Part shown: in pieces, positions 1-11,002 of the stretch
Position numbering within the stretch: position 1 is the first letter of the stretch
Layout of the letters: every line of letters begins with the position of its first letter
Assembly: GCA_002353275.1 (NCBI GenBank)
Contig: DEJH01000008.1
Coordinates: 1-53,903 of the forward strand
Direction: 5' to 3'
Source of the DNA: Bacillales bacterium UBA2753
Lineage (GTDB): Bacteria > Bacillota_I > Bacilli_A > RFN20 > CAG-826
Length of the DNA: 53,903 nt
Translations under genes and position numbers: made by a program
The notes under the pieces: generated by a model
Told to the model about the DNA's origin: nothing
Seen by the model: only the letters and a program-made list of their open reading frames with translations
Databases searched by the model: none

Positions 1-1142
1 CCACCTTCACGGATGGAGAATTTGGTACCTTTTTCAAGAGCGATTGGGTGAATTAATTCAACGGTTAATTCAACGTTATCGCCTGGCATAACCATGTCGG
101 TTCCAGCTGGAAGAGTGATAACACCAGTAACATCAGTTGTACGGAAGTAGAATTGTGGACGGTAGTTGCTTAAGAAAGCTGTATGACGGCCACCTTCTTC
201 TTTGGTTAAAACGTAAACAGAAGCTTTGAATTTGGTGTGTGGAGTAACGGTTCCTGGTTTTGCAAGAACTTGACCACGTTGGACTTGATCACGGTTGATA
301 CCTCTTAAAAGGACACCAACGTTATCACCAGCTTGGACATAGTCACAAGTTTTTCTGAAGGATTCAAGACCAGTAATAACTGATTTTTGAGTTTCTCTAA
401 TACCAACGATTTCAACTTCGTCACCGAGTTTAGCACTACCTCTTTCAACACGGCCAGTAACGACTGTACCACGTCCGGAAATAGTCATAACGTCTTCGAT
501 AGCGAGTAAGAATGGTTTGTCGGTTTCTCTAGCTGGAGCTGGGATGTATTCATCACAAGCTTTCATTAATTCCAAGATAGCTTCTTCAGCTTTTGGATCT
601 CCGTCAAGAGCAGCTCTTGCGGAACCTCTGATGACTGGGACTTTGTCTCCTGGGAAACCATAGCTATTTAATAAGTCACGGACATCCATTTCAACTAAGT
701 CTAATAATTCTGGGTCATCGACTAAGTCGGTCTTGTTAATGAAGACGACGATGTAAGGAACACCAACTTGACGTGCAAGTAAGATGTGTTCACGAGTTTG
801 TGGCATAACGCCATCAGTACCGGCAACAACTAAGATTGCACCATCCATTTGAGCAGCACCAGTAATCATGTTTTTGACATAGTCAGCGTGACCTGGGCAG
901 TCGACGTGTGCATAGTGTCTTTTTTCTGTTTGATACTCAATGTGGGCAGTATTAATTGTAATACCACGGGCTTTTTCTTCTGGAGCAGCATCGATTTGAT
1001 CGTATGCTTTCTTTTCGGATAAGCCTCTCTTTGCTAAGACAGTAGTAATAGCAGCAGTTAAGGTTGTCTTACCGTGGTCGACGTGACCAATGGTACCAAT
1101 GTTAACGTGCTCTTTAGTTCTGTCAAATTTTTCCTTTGCCAT
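1..1142 (-). CDS. tuf: Elongation factor Tu (3' end runs off the window)
   Basis: Manual translation from ATG at 1142: [29 protein letters not shown]...; lies downstream of fusA; missing from the ORF track because it is truncated. Confidence 0.98.
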   Translation of the reverse strand, partial: MAKEKFDRTKEHVNIGTIGHVDHGKTTLTAAITTVLAKRGLSEKKAYDQIDAAPEEKARGITINTAHIEYQTEKRHYAHVDCPGHADYVKNMITGAAQMDGAILVVAGTDGVMPQTREHILLARQVGVPYIVVFINKTDLVDDPELLDLVEMDVRDLLNSYGFPGDKVPVIRGSARAALDGDPKAEEAILELMKACDEYIPAPARETDKPFLLAIEDVMTISGRGTVVTGRVERGSAKLGDEVEIVGIRETQKSVITGLESFRKTCDYVQAGDNVGVLLRGINRDQVQRGQVLAKPGTVTPHTKFKASVYVLTKEEGGRHTAFLSNYRPQFYFRTTDVTGVITLPAGTDMVMPGDNVELTVELIHPIALEKGTKFSIREG

Positions 1143-1254
1143 TGTTTGAATTTCTCCTTTCAAATAAATGAATCCAACATTTTTAATATATAGCAAGTTT
1201 TATTTATAATCAATACCAATTTAATTGGTTATTAATTATGATTCTATCTCAAGA

Positions 1255-3330
1255 TTAGCGAGCACTCATGCCGCTTTTCTTGATGATTTCGTCTTGGACA
1301 TAACGTGGGCATTCACCATAGTGGTCGAATTGCATTACGTAGTTTCCACGACCTTGTGTCATAGAACGTAAGTCTGTGACGTAGCCAAACATTTCAGATA
1401 ATGGTACTTCGGCTTCAATAATTTTGGCGTTATTTCTTTGAGATTCACCAGTAACGAGTCCACGTCTACGAGCGATATCACCAAGAACATCACCATAATA
1501 TTGTTCTGGAACTGTAACTTCGATTTTCATGATTGGCTCAAGAATAACTGGGTTACATTTTTTAGCGGCTTCTTTTAAGGCCATTGAGGCAGCAATCTTA
1601 TAAGCTGCTTCAGAGGAGTCGACATCATGGTAAGAACCATCGAATAAGGTGGCTTTAATATCCATGACTTGGAAGCCAGCAATCATACCTCTACCAAGAG
1701 CGTCAACGAGTCCGTCTTGAGTTGGTTTGATATATTCTCTTGGAACAGAACCACCAACGATTGCATCAACGAATTCGAATCCCTTACCTGGGTTTGGTTC
1801 AAATTTGATCCAAACGTGACCATATTGTCCACGACCACCGGATTGCTTAATGTATTTACCTTCACATTCAGCGGTGGATTTAATGGTTTCACGGTATTCA
1901 ACTTGTGGAGCACCAACGTTAACCGCGACATTGAATTCTCTTCTCATACGGTCAACGATGATGTCTAAGTGTAATTCACCAACACCAGCGATAATGGTTT
2001 GACCAGTTTCGGCGTTGGTTCTCACTCTGAAGGTTGGATCTTCTTCAGCGAGTTTTTGAAGAGCAATTGACATCTTTTCTTGATCAGCTTTGGTTTTTGG
2101 TTCAACCGCTTCTTCAATAACTGGATCTGGGAATTCCATTTGTTCAAGAATGACTGGGTGTTTTTCGTCACATAAGGTATCACCAGTTGTGGTGTTCTTA
2201 AGTCCGACGACTGCACCAATATCTCCAGCGTGAAGTTCTTCAACTTCTTGTCTGTGGTTACTGTGCATTAAGACAACACGAGCAATTCTTTCTTTTCCAC
2301 CTTTGGTGGAGTTAAGGACATATGATCCAGATTTGAGTGTACCGCTATAAACGCGGACGTAAGCTAATCTACCGATGAATGGGTCAGTTGCAATTTTGAA
2401 TGCAAGAGCGCCTAATGGTTCATTATCATCTGGTTTACAAACGACATCATTACCATTTTCATCGACACCTTTTGCAGGTGGGATATCAAGTGGGCTTGGG
2501 AGATAATCAATAACTCCATCGAGAAGTAATTGAATATTCTTGTTCTTATAAGCACTACCGCAGAAGACTGGGTGGAATTCACCTGTAAGAACAGCCTTAC
2601 GAATTACGGATTTAATTTCTTCGACTGTTGGTTCTTCACCTTCAAGGACTTTCATCATGAAGTCATCATCGAAACTTGCGAGAGCTTCAACGAGTTCTGC
2701 TCTATGAGCTTCCATGGAATCAACCATATCTGCTGGAACAGGTTCTTCATGTGGTTCTTGAGAGTCTTTATCATAAACCCATGCTTTTCTTTCAATGATA
2801 TCGACAGCGCCTCTAAGAGTGCTTTCAATACCGATTGGAAGTTGGACAGCCTTAGCGTTAGCGCCAAGTCTTTCCTTTAAGGAACGGACACACATTTCGA
2901 AGTCCGCACCGATGGCGTCAAGTTTGTTAACGAAGACAATTCTTGGAACACCATATTTTGATCCTTGTCTCCAAACGGTTTCAGTTTGTGGTTCAACACC
3001 ATTTTTACCATCTAAGACAGTGACCGCACCATCGAGAACACGGAGGGATCTTTCAACTTCAACAGTGAAGTCGACGTGCCCTGGAGTGTCGATGATGTTA
3101 ATTCTATTGCCTTTCCACATTGCGGTTGTCGCAGCGGAAGTAATAGTAATTCCTCTTTCTTGTTCTTGTTCCATCCAGTCCATGGTGGCAGCTCCTTCAT
3201 GAACTTCACCAATTTTGTGGATTTTACCTGTGAAGAAGAGAATACGTTCAGTTGTTGTGGTTTTACCGGCATCGATGTGAGCCATGATACCGATGTTACG
3301 TGTATGAGCTAAATCAAATTCACGTGCCAT
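1255..3330 (-). CDS. fusA: Elongation factor G
   Basis: [17 protein letters not shown] and DTPGH motifs; str operon position. Confidence 0.99.
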   Translation of the reverse strand: MAREFDLAHTRNIGIMAHIDAGKTTTTERILFFTGKIHKIGEVHEGAATMDWMEQEQERGITITSAATTAMWKGNRINIIDTPGHVDFTVEVERSLRVLDGAVTVLDGKNGVEPQTETVWRQGSKYGVPRIVFVNKLDAIGADFEMCVRSLKERLGANAKAVQLPIGIESTLRGAVDIIERKAWVYDKDSQEPHEEPVPADMVDSMEAHRAELVEALASFDDDFMMKVLEGEEPTVEEIKSVIRKAVLTGEFHPVFCGSAYKNKNIQLLLDGVIDYLPSPLDIPPAKGVDENGNDVVCKPDDNEPLGALAFKIATDPFIGRLAYVRVYSGTLKSGSYVLNSTKGGKERIARVVLMHSNHRQEVEELHAGDIGAVVGLKNTTTGDTLCDEKHPVILEQMEFPDPVIEEAVEPKTKADQEKMSIALQKLAEEDPTFRVRTNAETGQTIIAGVGELHLDIIVDRMRREFNVAVNVGAPQVEYRETIKSTAECEGKYIKQSGGRGQYGHVWIKFEPNPGKGFEFVDAIVGGSVPREYIKPTQDGLVDALGRGMIAGFQVMDIKATLFDGSYHDVDSSEAAYKIAASMALKEAAKKCNPVILEPIMKIEVTVPEQYYGDVLGDIARRRGLVTGESQRNNAKIIEAEVPLSEMFGYVTDLRSMTQGRGNYVMQFDHYGECPRYVQDEIIKKSGMSAR

Positions 3331-3348
3331 ATTCTTTTCTCCCTAAGA

Positions 3349-3819
3349 TTACCAACGATAATGTGCATAAGCTTTATTAGCTTCAGCCATCTTGTGGGTA
3401 TCTTCTCTTTTCTTCACGGAAGCACCAGTGCCATTAGCGGCATCGATAATCTCGTTAGCGAGTCTATCTTCCATGGTCTTTTCATTTCTGAGTCTACTGT
3501 AGTTGACTAACCATCTTAAGCCTAATGTGACTTTTCTTTCTGGAGAAACTTCAGTTGGGACTTGATAGTTAGCTGCTCCGATTCTACGAACCTTTAATTC
3601 GACTTCAGGCATGATATTGTTAATCGCTGTTGCGAAGACATCCATTGCTGGTTTACCAGTTTTGGATTCAATTTTGTTGAAGGCGGTATAGAGAATTGTT
3701 TGGGCAGTTCCCTTTTTGCCATCAATCATAATTTTGTTGATTAAACGTGTTACGAGTTTTGAATTGTAAATTGGATCTGGTAACACATCACGTTTTGCAA
3801 CGCTTCCTTTACGTGGCAT
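3349..3819 (-). CDS. rpsG: 30S ribosomal protein S7
   Basis: MPRKG...[12 protein letters not shown]. Confidence 0.99.
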   Translation of the reverse strand: MPRKGSVAKRDVLPDPIYNSKLVTRLINKIMIDGKKGTAQTILYTAFNKIESKTGKPAMDVFATAINNIMPEVELKVRRIGAANYQVPTEVSPERKVTLGLRWLVNYSRLRNEKTMEDRLANEIIDAANGTGASVKKREDTHKMAEANKAYAHYRW

Positions 3820-3839
3820 ATTTTTCTATCCTCCTTCTA

Positions 3840-4259
3840 TTATTTGGCCGCTTTTGGTCTCTTAGAACCATATAAGCTACGGCCTTGACGACGCTTTTCA
3901 ATTCCAGCGCAGTCAAGTGTTCCTCTAATAATGTGATAACGAACACCTGGTAAGTCCTTAACACGTCCACCACGAATCATAACTGTGGAGTGTTCTTGTA
4001 AGTTATGGCCTTCACCACCGATATAAGCTGTAACTTCATAACCATTGCTTAAGCGAACACGAGCGTATTTTCTTAAAGCAGAGTTTGGTTTTTTAGGGGT
4101 CATGGTACCAACACGGGTACAAACACCTCTTTTTTGGCTAGCTGCTTGGTTGGTTTCCTTTTTCTTTAAGGAGTTCCATCTTTTTCCAAGAGCTGGAGCT
4201 TTTGATTTTACAACCGCAGTTCTACGGCCATCACGGACTAATTGATTAATTGTTGGCAT
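3840..4259 (-). CDS. rpsL: 30S ribosomal protein S12
   Basis: [20 protein letters not shown] and [10 protein letters not shown] motifs; Firmicute-type insertion. Confidence 0.99.
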   Translation of the reverse strand: MPTINQLVRDGRRTAVVKSKAPALGKRWNSLKKKETNQAASQKRGVCTRVGTMTPKKPNSALRKYARVRLSNGYEVTAYIGGEGHNLQEHSTVMIRGGRVKDLPGVRYHIIRGTLDCAGIEKRRQGRSLYGSKRPKAAK

Positions 4260-4299
4260 ATATTGCTCCTTTCAATTATTTCCTTTGTTTTTTTATATG

Positions 4300-4380
4300 A
4301 TTAACTGTCCACGCTACCGGGTGTATCACATTTTCCTTTAAAAAATGGACCTTTTGGTCAGCGGGATACCAGAATCACAC
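4300..4380 (-). promoter_or_regulatory. Putative structured rpsL 5' leader
   Basis: GC-rich island in AT-rich intergenic DNA with hairpin GACC-AAAA-GGTC and a CAC-CCGG...GTGG element resembling Firmicute rpsL upstream motifs; TATATT-like -10 just upstream. Confidence 0.4.
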
Positions 4381-4468
4381 GCCTATATAATATATATAAA
4401 TAGGAAAAAGGGCGCAATAAGAAAATTAAAATATTTTATTTTTATTAGAAAATAGTGATTTTATGTAT

Positions 4469-4500
4469 AAAAAACACTGACTTTTTTTCATCAGTGCTCT
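4469..4500 (-). terminator. Intrinsic terminator after the LURP-one gene
   Basis: cactga(4475-4480)/tcagtg(4491-4496) stem followed by a U-tract on the minus strand. Confidence 0.55.
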
Positions 4501-4507
4501 TTCTATT

Positions 4508-5035
4508 TTAATTATCGCTACTTGAATAAGAATAGGATGAAGAAGCATCACTTCTTAGTTTATCGATGATGTTATCGATGGCAATCACAACCGCACAGTA
4601 GAACTGCCAATCAGCCCCTTCTTCAATATCTAAGACAAATGAATCTCTTAAAGAAATCATTCGACTAACATGACCGATTTCTTTCTCGTTTTCAAAGATA
4701 TGATAGTCATACCCTAAAATATTACCTCTCACCACTACTTCACCATGTTCAGCGGTAGTAATGTTATAGTGATCATGAAGAGTAAATATCTTCTTTGATA
4801 AATGAGCGAGTTTTACTTTTCCGCTTGGATCTAAAACAAAAGCTTGTCGATGAAATAAATACCAGAACTTATTTCTCACAATATATAAGACATTACCTTG
4901 AAGATCTTTAACAAATTTCTTTCTTGTAAATGTAAAGAACTTGCCTTGAACTTTTAAGACATCTTGTTCATGTTCATCTCTAACATAAGAAGAGCCTCGA
5001 AGTGTTAACCATTTGTTTCGAATAAATAATCTCAT
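4508..5035 (-). CDS. LURP-one/Tubby C-terminal-like (YxjI-like) protein
   Basis: Pattern LFIRNKWLTLRGSSYVRDE...VQGKFF...GNILGYDYHI...RDSFVLDI...VIAID typical of the LOR family. Confidence 0.8.
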   Translation of the reverse strand: MRLFIRNKWLTLRGSSYVRDEHEQDVLKVQGKFFTFTRKKFVKDLQGNVLYIVRNKFWYLFHRQAFVLDPSGKVKLAHLSKKIFTLHDHYNITTAEHGEVVVRGNILGYDYHIFENEKEIGHVSRMISLRDSFVLDIEEGADWQFYCAVVIAIDNIIDKLRSDASSSYSYSSSDN

Positions 5036-5050
5036 AAATTTAAACTCCTT

Positions 5051-5977
5051 TTACTCAGGAAGAGAAACTGTTGTGGAATGGAAATCATGGAATTCCATTT
5101 TGAAGTGATCGTTAGTGAGATATTCACCAACGGAAGAGTGAATGACATTGCATTCAAGAATGCTGACGTATTTCTTGTCTTCAGATAATTTAAATGAAAC
5201 ACTGAATTCAGAACTTCCTGCTTCTACGTTCCACCCTTTATAACTAATTCCATTATGACTAGCGGTGATATTAGAAATGGAATATGTTTTAGTTTCTTCA
5301 TCATAACTAGCGTAGCCTAATTTAGAAACAATAATCGCTGCAAAGCCACCAACTTCACTATCTTGGAAACCATAATATAGATTCGGAGTACATTCTAATG
5401 AAGGGAATGGAAGTGAACAATATAAATTTGGATTATCGACATTAATGAATCCATCTGTCATTCCCACAATGTAATATTGGTCTTGATTGTTATTAACTCG
5501 ATAATAAATGTCCATTTCATTACCACCGATATATGATTTTAAATACGACTGTTCTTTAACGATGTGGAATTCTATGTTTTTATTTAATTCCGCTTCTCCA
5601 TTAGCAAGATAATAATCAAATGAAATATTCGTGGAATAGAAAGTATTCGCTATCGCGGTTTTAATCTCTTCATTTGTATCAGGAGAAGCTTTTCTTAATA
5701 AGCTTTGAACACTGCTGCTTAATAAAACATCTGAACCAATGGAGAATTTGTTATACCACACACCATCATTTTTCTCATACACGTATTTACTTGTTAAATC
5801 GAGATAATGGTCATATTGTTTTCCGATAGAAGCAGAAGGAACACCTTCACCACTATGGAAGACACTATTACCTCCTTCTGGTGGATTTCCTCCTGGATCT
5901 CCACTAGGAGTAGGTGTAGTTCCACAACCCACTAAAAGTCCTAACAAAATAGGTAAAACAATAAATTTACTTTTCAT
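5051..5977 (-). CDS. Lipoprotein of unknown function (start re-assigned from 6031 to 5977)
   Basis: MKSKFIVLPILLGLLVG-C lipobox, Pro/Gly linker, and a GEGVPSASIG..DHYLD....VYEK..GVW motif like those flanking collagen-like regions. Confidence 0.75.
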   Translation of the reverse strand: MKSKFIVLPILLGLLVGCGTTPTPSGDPGGNPPEGGNSVFHSGEGVPSASIGKQYDHYLDLTSKYVYEKNDGVWYNKFSIGSDVLLSSSVQSLLRKASPDTNEEIKTAIANTFYSTNISFDYYLANGEAELNKNIEFHIVKEQSYLKSYIGGNEMDIYYRVNNNQDQYYIVGMTDGFINVDNPNLYCSLPFPSLECTPNLYYGFQDSEVGGFAAIIVSKLGYASYDEETKTYSISNITASHNGISYKGWNVEAGSSEFSVSFKLSEDKKYVSILECNVIHSSVGEYLTNDHFKMEFHDFHSTTVSLPE

Positions 5978-6044
5978 ACTAATTTCCTGTAAAAATATTA
6001 TGAACGAAATTGTTTTCTTTGGAAACAGCAATTAGAATTAACAT

Positions 6045-6251
6045 ATGAATCGAATTTCTTTAGAAGAGTTTAAAAATAACATCGATCTAATCATTGAACA
6101 TGGTTTAGACGAAGAAACCTTAATTTGTGATGGAGAGAAGATACTTTTTGCTTTGGTGCCACCATCAAAGCGACTAGAAAAAGAATGGGAATCTTATTTC
6201 GGAACTCTTCCAAAAGAAGCATACGATAATAACGATATTGAAAGAGAATAG
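6045..6251 (+). CDS. Phd/YefM-like antitoxin (orphan)
   Basis: N-terminal ISLEEFKNNIDLII...ETLICDGEKILFALVP resembles the Phd fold; acidic tail; promoter TTGTTT-17-TAGAAT immediately upstream. Confidence 0.6.
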   Translation: MNRISLEEFKNNIDLIIEHGLDEETLICDGEKILFALVPPSKRLEKEWESYFGTLPKEAYDNNDIERE

Positions 6252-6290
6252 AAAAAACGCTCATCCAAGAACTGAACTTGAGCGTTTTCT
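6251..6290. terminator. Bidirectional terminator between the convergent antitoxin and PIN genes
   Basis: aaaacgctca(6254-6263)/tgagcgtttt(6279-6288) inverted repeat. Confidence 0.6.
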
Positions 6291-6321
6291 ATATATAAAT
6301 ATCTAAGCGGAGTTATGTTTG

Positions 6322-6720
6322 TTATAGTTCTGATGGATCTATAACACGAACTATTGAATCTTTAAAATGTTTTTTGTCACGTGTCACGATATAGTCCATC
6401 GAGTGTCGAATAGCGGTCTCGTGTATAATAGCATCTTCGTAATCAGGAATAATTGACGCTATTGCTTTAGCACAATCATTGCCATCAACATCCACAACAT
6501 TAAAGAATTCAAATAGTTTTAATATAGTTTGTTTACATATATTACTATTGTGATAATACTTGTGAAGTAGATAGTAAAGAGCAGGCAATGAAGAAGAAGC
6601 AATGTAAGCTTCAATTTTCTGCTTTAAAGCTAATTCAAACACCTTTCTAGATGAATCATAAAAAGGGTCTCTATTAGTTAAAACATCTAATATGACATTT
6701 GAATCAATTAAATATTTCAT
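6322..6720 (-). CDS. PIN-domain (VapC-like) toxin
   Basis: YLIDSNVILD...DYEDAI...IVTRDKKHF acidic PIN motifs; overlaps the upstream antitoxin. Confidence 0.9.
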   Translation of the reverse strand: MKYLIDSNVILDVLTNRDPFYDSSRKVFELALKQKIEAYIASSSLPALYYLLHKYYHNSNICKQTILKLFEFFNVVDVDGNDCAKAIASIIPDYEDAIIHETAIRHSMDYIVTRDKKHFKDSIVRVIDPSEL

Positions 6721-6931
6721 ATTTCTTAAGCATTTCTTCTTTGCCTTCTTCTAAAGTAGCATCTTTAGGTAAAATCCCTGTTAATTCATCAATTAAGGCC
6801 ATTTTATCGACATAAGGTGAACTTATTTTCGCAATTATTTTTCCGTTTTTAGACACAAAAACTTCCTCTTGCTCCGCAATAGATAGATATTTGCTTAAAT
6901 CATTTTTAAGTTCGGTGGCAGTTATAGTCAT
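6704..6931 (-). CDS. Phd/YefM family antitoxin
   Basis: ITATELKNDLSKYL...EEVFVSKNGKIIAK; AGGAGG RBS. Confidence 0.9.
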   Translation of the reverse strand: MTITATELKNDLSKYLSIAEQEEVFVSKNGKIIAKISSPYVDKMALIDELTGILPKDATLEEGKEEMLKKYEIFN

Positions 6932-6952
6932 ATTTTTTTACCTCCTACTTTA

Positions 6953-7012
6953 ATTATAAGTATATTGTACGATTATTCAATAATTTTGTACGATTATTTT
7001 TATGAGTTGTAC
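6953..7012 (-). promoter_or_regulatory. TA promoter (TTGAAT-16-TATAAT) overlapped by three TTGTAC operator-like sites
   Basis: ttgtacgattatt at 6965 and 6986, ttgtac at 7007 (21-bp period); -35 at 6975-6980, -10 at 6953-6958. Confidence 0.7.
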
Positions 7013-7020
7013 ATAATATA

Positions 7021-7051
7021 AAACAACCCCCAAGTAAGTTTGGAGGTTGTT
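7021..7051 (-). terminator. Terminator after rpoC
   Basis: aacaacc..caa / ttg..ggttgtt hairpin. Confidence 0.6.
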
Positions 7052-7069
7052 GTTATTTCAATAATTCAA

Positions 7070-10000
7070 TTAATGAGTTTCTTCAGATTTGCGGTCAATC
7101 TTTTCGTGAATTTCATTAATTGCACGATCATGGTCTTCAACGTAGCGTTCTTTTACTTCGTGCATTGTTTTTTCAACGGAGAAGCCTTCAAGTAATTTTT
7201 CACTTTCTTCTTCACTCATTAAGCCACGTCCTGCAGGAATTAAGTGACCAGTAATAACGTTTTCTTTCAAACCATGTAAGTAATCGGTCTTGCCTTTAAT
7301 AGCAGCATCGGTAAGCACTCTTGTGGTTTCTTGGAAGGAAGCCGCTGATAAGAAGCTATCAGTTTCAAGAGCAGCTTTAGTGATACCTAAGATAAGAGGA
7401 GAGAAGACCGCTGGACGTTTACCGTTAATGATCGCTTCATTATTTTTCGCGGTGAATGTATTAATAGAGACACGTGTGCCTGCGATTAAATCTGTATCAC
7501 CAGCGTCGATAACGAAGATTTTTCTTAACATTTGTCTAACGATAACTTCGATGTGCTTATCAGAAATACCGATGGATTGAGAAGAATAGACCTTTTGAAC
7601 TTCTTTAATGATGTATTTTTCAACCGCAGTGACATCACTAACTTCAAGAAGTTTCTTAGGATCGATAGCACCTTCGGTGATTTTACCACCGTTAATGACT
7701 TTATCACCCTTCTTAACACGGAGTTTAGCTCCAAAAGAAGTGGTATATGTTTTTTCTTCAAGGTCGTTACGAACAGTGACTAAATAGCAACCATTCTTTT
7801 CTTCGATACGAGTAACTTCACCAGGAATTTCACTGATGAGAGCTTCTCCTTTAGGGTTACGAGCTTCAAATAATTCTTGGACACGAGGGAGACCTTGAGT
7901 AATATCGCTACCAGCAACACCACCAGTGTGGAAGGTTCTCATCGTTAATTGAGTACCTGGTTCACCAATAGATTGAGCAGCCATAATACCAACTGCTTCA
8001 CCAACTTTAACTTCTCTACCTGTAGCTAAGTTACGTCCATAACAGTGGACACAGACACCATCTTTAGTTTCACAACCAAAGAGAGATCTAATTTCCACTT
8101 CAGTAATACCAGCATCAACGATCGCTTTTGCGCTTTCTTCGTTAATCATGGTGTTACCTTTAACGATTACTTCACCAGTAGTTGGATTAACGACATCATT
8201 AAGAGCGTATCGACCAACTAAACGGTCATATAATTTAACGATAATTGCATTTCTTGCTGTATCTCTAATTTCTTTAACTTTAAAGCCATGGTCTGTTCCA
8301 CAATCGATTTCTCTAACGATAACGTCTTGAGAAACGTCAACAAGTCTTCTAGTTAAATAACCTGAGTCAGCAGTCTTAAGAGCGGTATCGGTACCACCTT
8401 TACGAGCACCGTGGGTCGCAATAAAGAATTCAGAAACGGTCATACCTTCACGGAAACAACGTTTAACTGGTAATTCAATAGTACCACCAGAGGTGTTACC
8501 CATAAGACCTCTCATACCTGCTAATTGGGTAATATTTGAGATGTTACCACGAGCACCACTATCACTCATCATGAAGATTGGGTTACGAGTATCTTTTTGG
8601 AATTGTTCAGTTAATTTGTTTCTCACTGCAACAGTAACGTTAGCCCAGACATCGACAACAGATTTATGTCTTTCTTCATCGGTTAACATACCTAAAGAGT
8701 ACATTTCTTCGATTTCTTCGACTTTCTTATCGCCCTCAGCTAAGATTTGTTCTTTTCCTTCAACGATATGAATATCGTCAATAGAGATAGTAAATCCAGC
8801 GATAGTTGCATATTGGAAGCCTTGATCTTTCATCTTGTCAAGAACCGCACTGGTCTTTGGATTACCTTTACGGTCATAACGTTGGAAGATTTCGTTAATG
8901 ATTTTACCTAAATCACCTTTCTTAATTGGTGAACGGAGTGGCATTGAAGCAATCACACTTCTCACATCAGTTCCCATTGGAACGAAATATTCAGGTAAAT
9001 CACTTGCCATATTGGCGCTATTAACGGCGTTAAGATATGGGAAATCACTTGGGAAGATTTGGTTGAAGATTACTTTACCAGCAGAGGTAATTAAGTAACT
9101 TCTATTCATTTCTTCGGTGAAACCTTTCTTCATTAAGGCACGTCCGATAATCGCAATACGGTTATGTAAATGAATTTGTTTAGTTTGATAAGCAAGGATT
9201 ACATCATCAACACTACGGAAGATTTTTCCTTCACTAGCAGCGAATAATTCAAGTTCTTCTGCTCTTTCTGGATCATATTTACGAACTTCTTCAGCTTTAC
9301 GTAAGAAATCTTCTTTAGTGCTTTCTAGAGTTAAGTAATAGTTACCTAAAACCATGTCTTGAGATGGAGTAACGATTGGTTTTCCATCTTTTGGACCTAA
9401 GATGTTATTGCTTGCGAGCATTAAATCTAATGCTTCTTCTTGAGCAGCTTTGCTTAATGGAACGTGAACCGCCATTTGGTCACCATCGAAGTCAGCGTTA
9501 AAACCAGTACAAACGAGTGGGTGTAAACGGATTGCTCTTCCATCAACTAAGCAAGGTTGGAAGGCTTGAATACCAAGTCTATGTAAGGTAGGAGCACGGT
9601 TTAATAAAACTGGGTGCTTACCGATAATTTCTTCAACGATATCAAGAACTTGAGGATCGTATCTATCGATAATCTTATCAGCTTGCTTATGTGCGCTCGC
9701 GATACCTCTTTTTAATAATTCACAGGCGATGAATGGTCTTAAAAGTTGAACCGCCATTTCTCTTGGTAAACCACATTGATACATTTTTAAGAATGGACCA
9801 ACCGCGATAACGGAACGACCAGAATAGTCGACACGTTTACCAAGGAGGTTTTGTCTAAATCTACCTTGTTTGCCTTTTAATCCACTGGAGAGAGATTTAA
9901 GAGGTCTACCTCCTGGACCGGTAACTGGTTTATTTCTTCTACCATTATCAATTAAAGCGTCAACTGCTTCTTGAAGCATACGTTTTTCATTGAAAAGAAG

Positions 10001-10984
10001 AACGGCAGGAGAATTCATATCGATTAATTTCTTTAAACGATTGTTACGAGAAATCACACGACGATATAAATCATTTAAGTCACTGGTAGCAAATCTACCA
10101 CCATCGAGTTGAAGCATTGGTCTTAAATCAGGTGGAATGACTGGAATAACATCGAGCACCATCCATTCTGGTTTATTATCGCTATGACGGAAAGCTTCAA
10201 TAACTTCAAGTCTCTTAGTGAGCTTAGTTCTATTTAAGGCGCTTGTAGATTTCATCTTATTATTGATTTCTTCAGCTTCAGCATCTAAATCAATATCAGC
10301 GAGTAAGCGTTTAATAGCAGCGGCACCTTCAGAGAATTCAGCACCAGTATATTTCTTAATGAAGTTGTAATTAGTTTCAAAGTCAAAGACTTCGCCTCTA
10401 TTTTCAAGTCTAGAGATTAAATCTTCACTTCTTTGATAATCATCACTTCCAGGCATTAAACCCCATTCTTCACCATGTTTTTGAATTTCTCTAATCACTG
10501 GGATAAAGGCATCTCTACCATTTTTCTCATTGATGAATTCACTCTTGGTAAGAATTTCACTCTTTCCAGGGTTTAAGCAGATGTGAGCAGCGTAATAAGC
10601 AACTTCTTCTAAGTGTTTTGGAGAGACATCAAGAAGTAAGCCAATACGAGAAGGAATTCCTTTTAAATACCAAATATGGGTACAAGGAGAAGCGAGTTCA
10701 ATATGACCCATTCTTTCTCTACGGACTTCTTTAGAGATGACTTCAACTCCACATTTTTCACAAACGACACCAGCGTATCTAATTTTCTTATAACGACCAC
10801 AGTGACATTCGTAGTCCTTACTAGGACCAAAGATTTTTTCGCAGTAAAGACCTTGCATTTCTGGTTTTTGACTACGATAGTTAATGGTTTCTGGTTTTAA
10901 AACTTCACCATGACTCCATTTACGAATAGTGTCAGGAGAGGCTAAGCCAACTTTAATGGCAGATAATTTCTTTACATCAAACAT
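7070..10984 (-). CDS. rpoC: RNA polymerase beta' subunit
   Basis: [12 protein letters not shown] catalytic motif; Zn-finger cysteines. Confidence 0.99.
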   Translation of the reverse strand: MFDVKKLSAIKVGLASPDTIRKWSHGEVLKPETINYRSQKPEMQGLYCEKIFGPSKDYECHCGRYKKIRYAGVVCEKCGVEVISKEVRRERMGHIELASPCTHIWYLKGIPSRIGLLLDVSPKHLEEVAYYAAHICLNPGKSEILTKSEFINEKNGRDAFIPVIREIQKHGEEWGLMPGSDDYQRSEDLISRLENRGEVFDFETNYNFIKKYTGAEFSEGAAAIKRLLADIDLDAEAEEINNKMKSTSALNRTKLTKRLEVIEAFRHSDNKPEWMVLDVIPVIPPDLRPMLQLDGGRFATSDLNDLYRRVISRNNRLKKLIDMNSPAVLLFNEKRMLQEAVDALIDNGRRNKPVTGPGGRPLKSLSSGLKGKQGRFRQNLLGKRVDYSGRSVIAVGPFLKMYQCGLPREMAVQLLRPFIACELLKRGIASAHKQADKIIDRYDPQVLDIVEEIIGKHPVLLNRAPTLHRLGIQAFQPCLVDGRAIRLHPLVCTGFNADFDGDQMAVHVPLSKAAQEEALDLMLASNNILGPKDGKPIVTPSQDMVLGNYYLTLESTKEDFLRKAEEVRKYDPERAEELELFAASEGKIFRSVDDVILAYQTKQIHLHNRIAIIGRALMKKGFTEEMNRSYLITSAGKVIFNQIFPSDFPYLNAVNSANMASDLPEYFVPMGTDVRSVIASMPLRSPIKKGDLGKIINEIFQRYDRKGNPKTSAVLDKMKDQGFQYATIAGFTISIDDIHIVEGKEQILAEGDKKVEEIEEMYSLGMLTDEERHKSVVDVWANVTVAVRNKLTEQFQKDTRNPIFMMSDSGARGNISNITQLAGMRGLMGNTSGGTIELPVKRCFREGMTVSEFFIATHGARKGGTDTALKTADSGYLTRRLVDVSQDVIVREIDCGTDHGFKVKEIRDTARNAIIVKLYDRLVGRYALNDVVNPTTGEVIVKGNTMINEESAKAIVDAGITEVEIRSLFGCETKDGVCVHCYGRNLATGREVKVGEAVGIMAAQSIGEPGTQLTMRTFHTGGVAGSDITQGLPRVQELFEARNPKGEALISEIPGEVTRIEEKNGCYLVTVRNDLEEKTYTTSFGAKLRVKKGDKVINGGKITEGAIDPKKLLEVSDVTAVEKYIIKEVQKVYSSQSIGISDKHIEVIVRQMLRKIFVIDAGDTDLIAGTRVSINTFTAKNNEAIINGKRPAVFSPLILGITKAALETDSFLSAASFQETTRVLTDAAIKGKTDYLHGLKENVITGHLIPAGRGLMSEEESEKLLEGFSVEKTMHEVKERYVEDHDRAINEIHEKIDRKSEETH

Positions 10985-11002
10985 TGTCGTTTTCTCCTTT
11001 CA

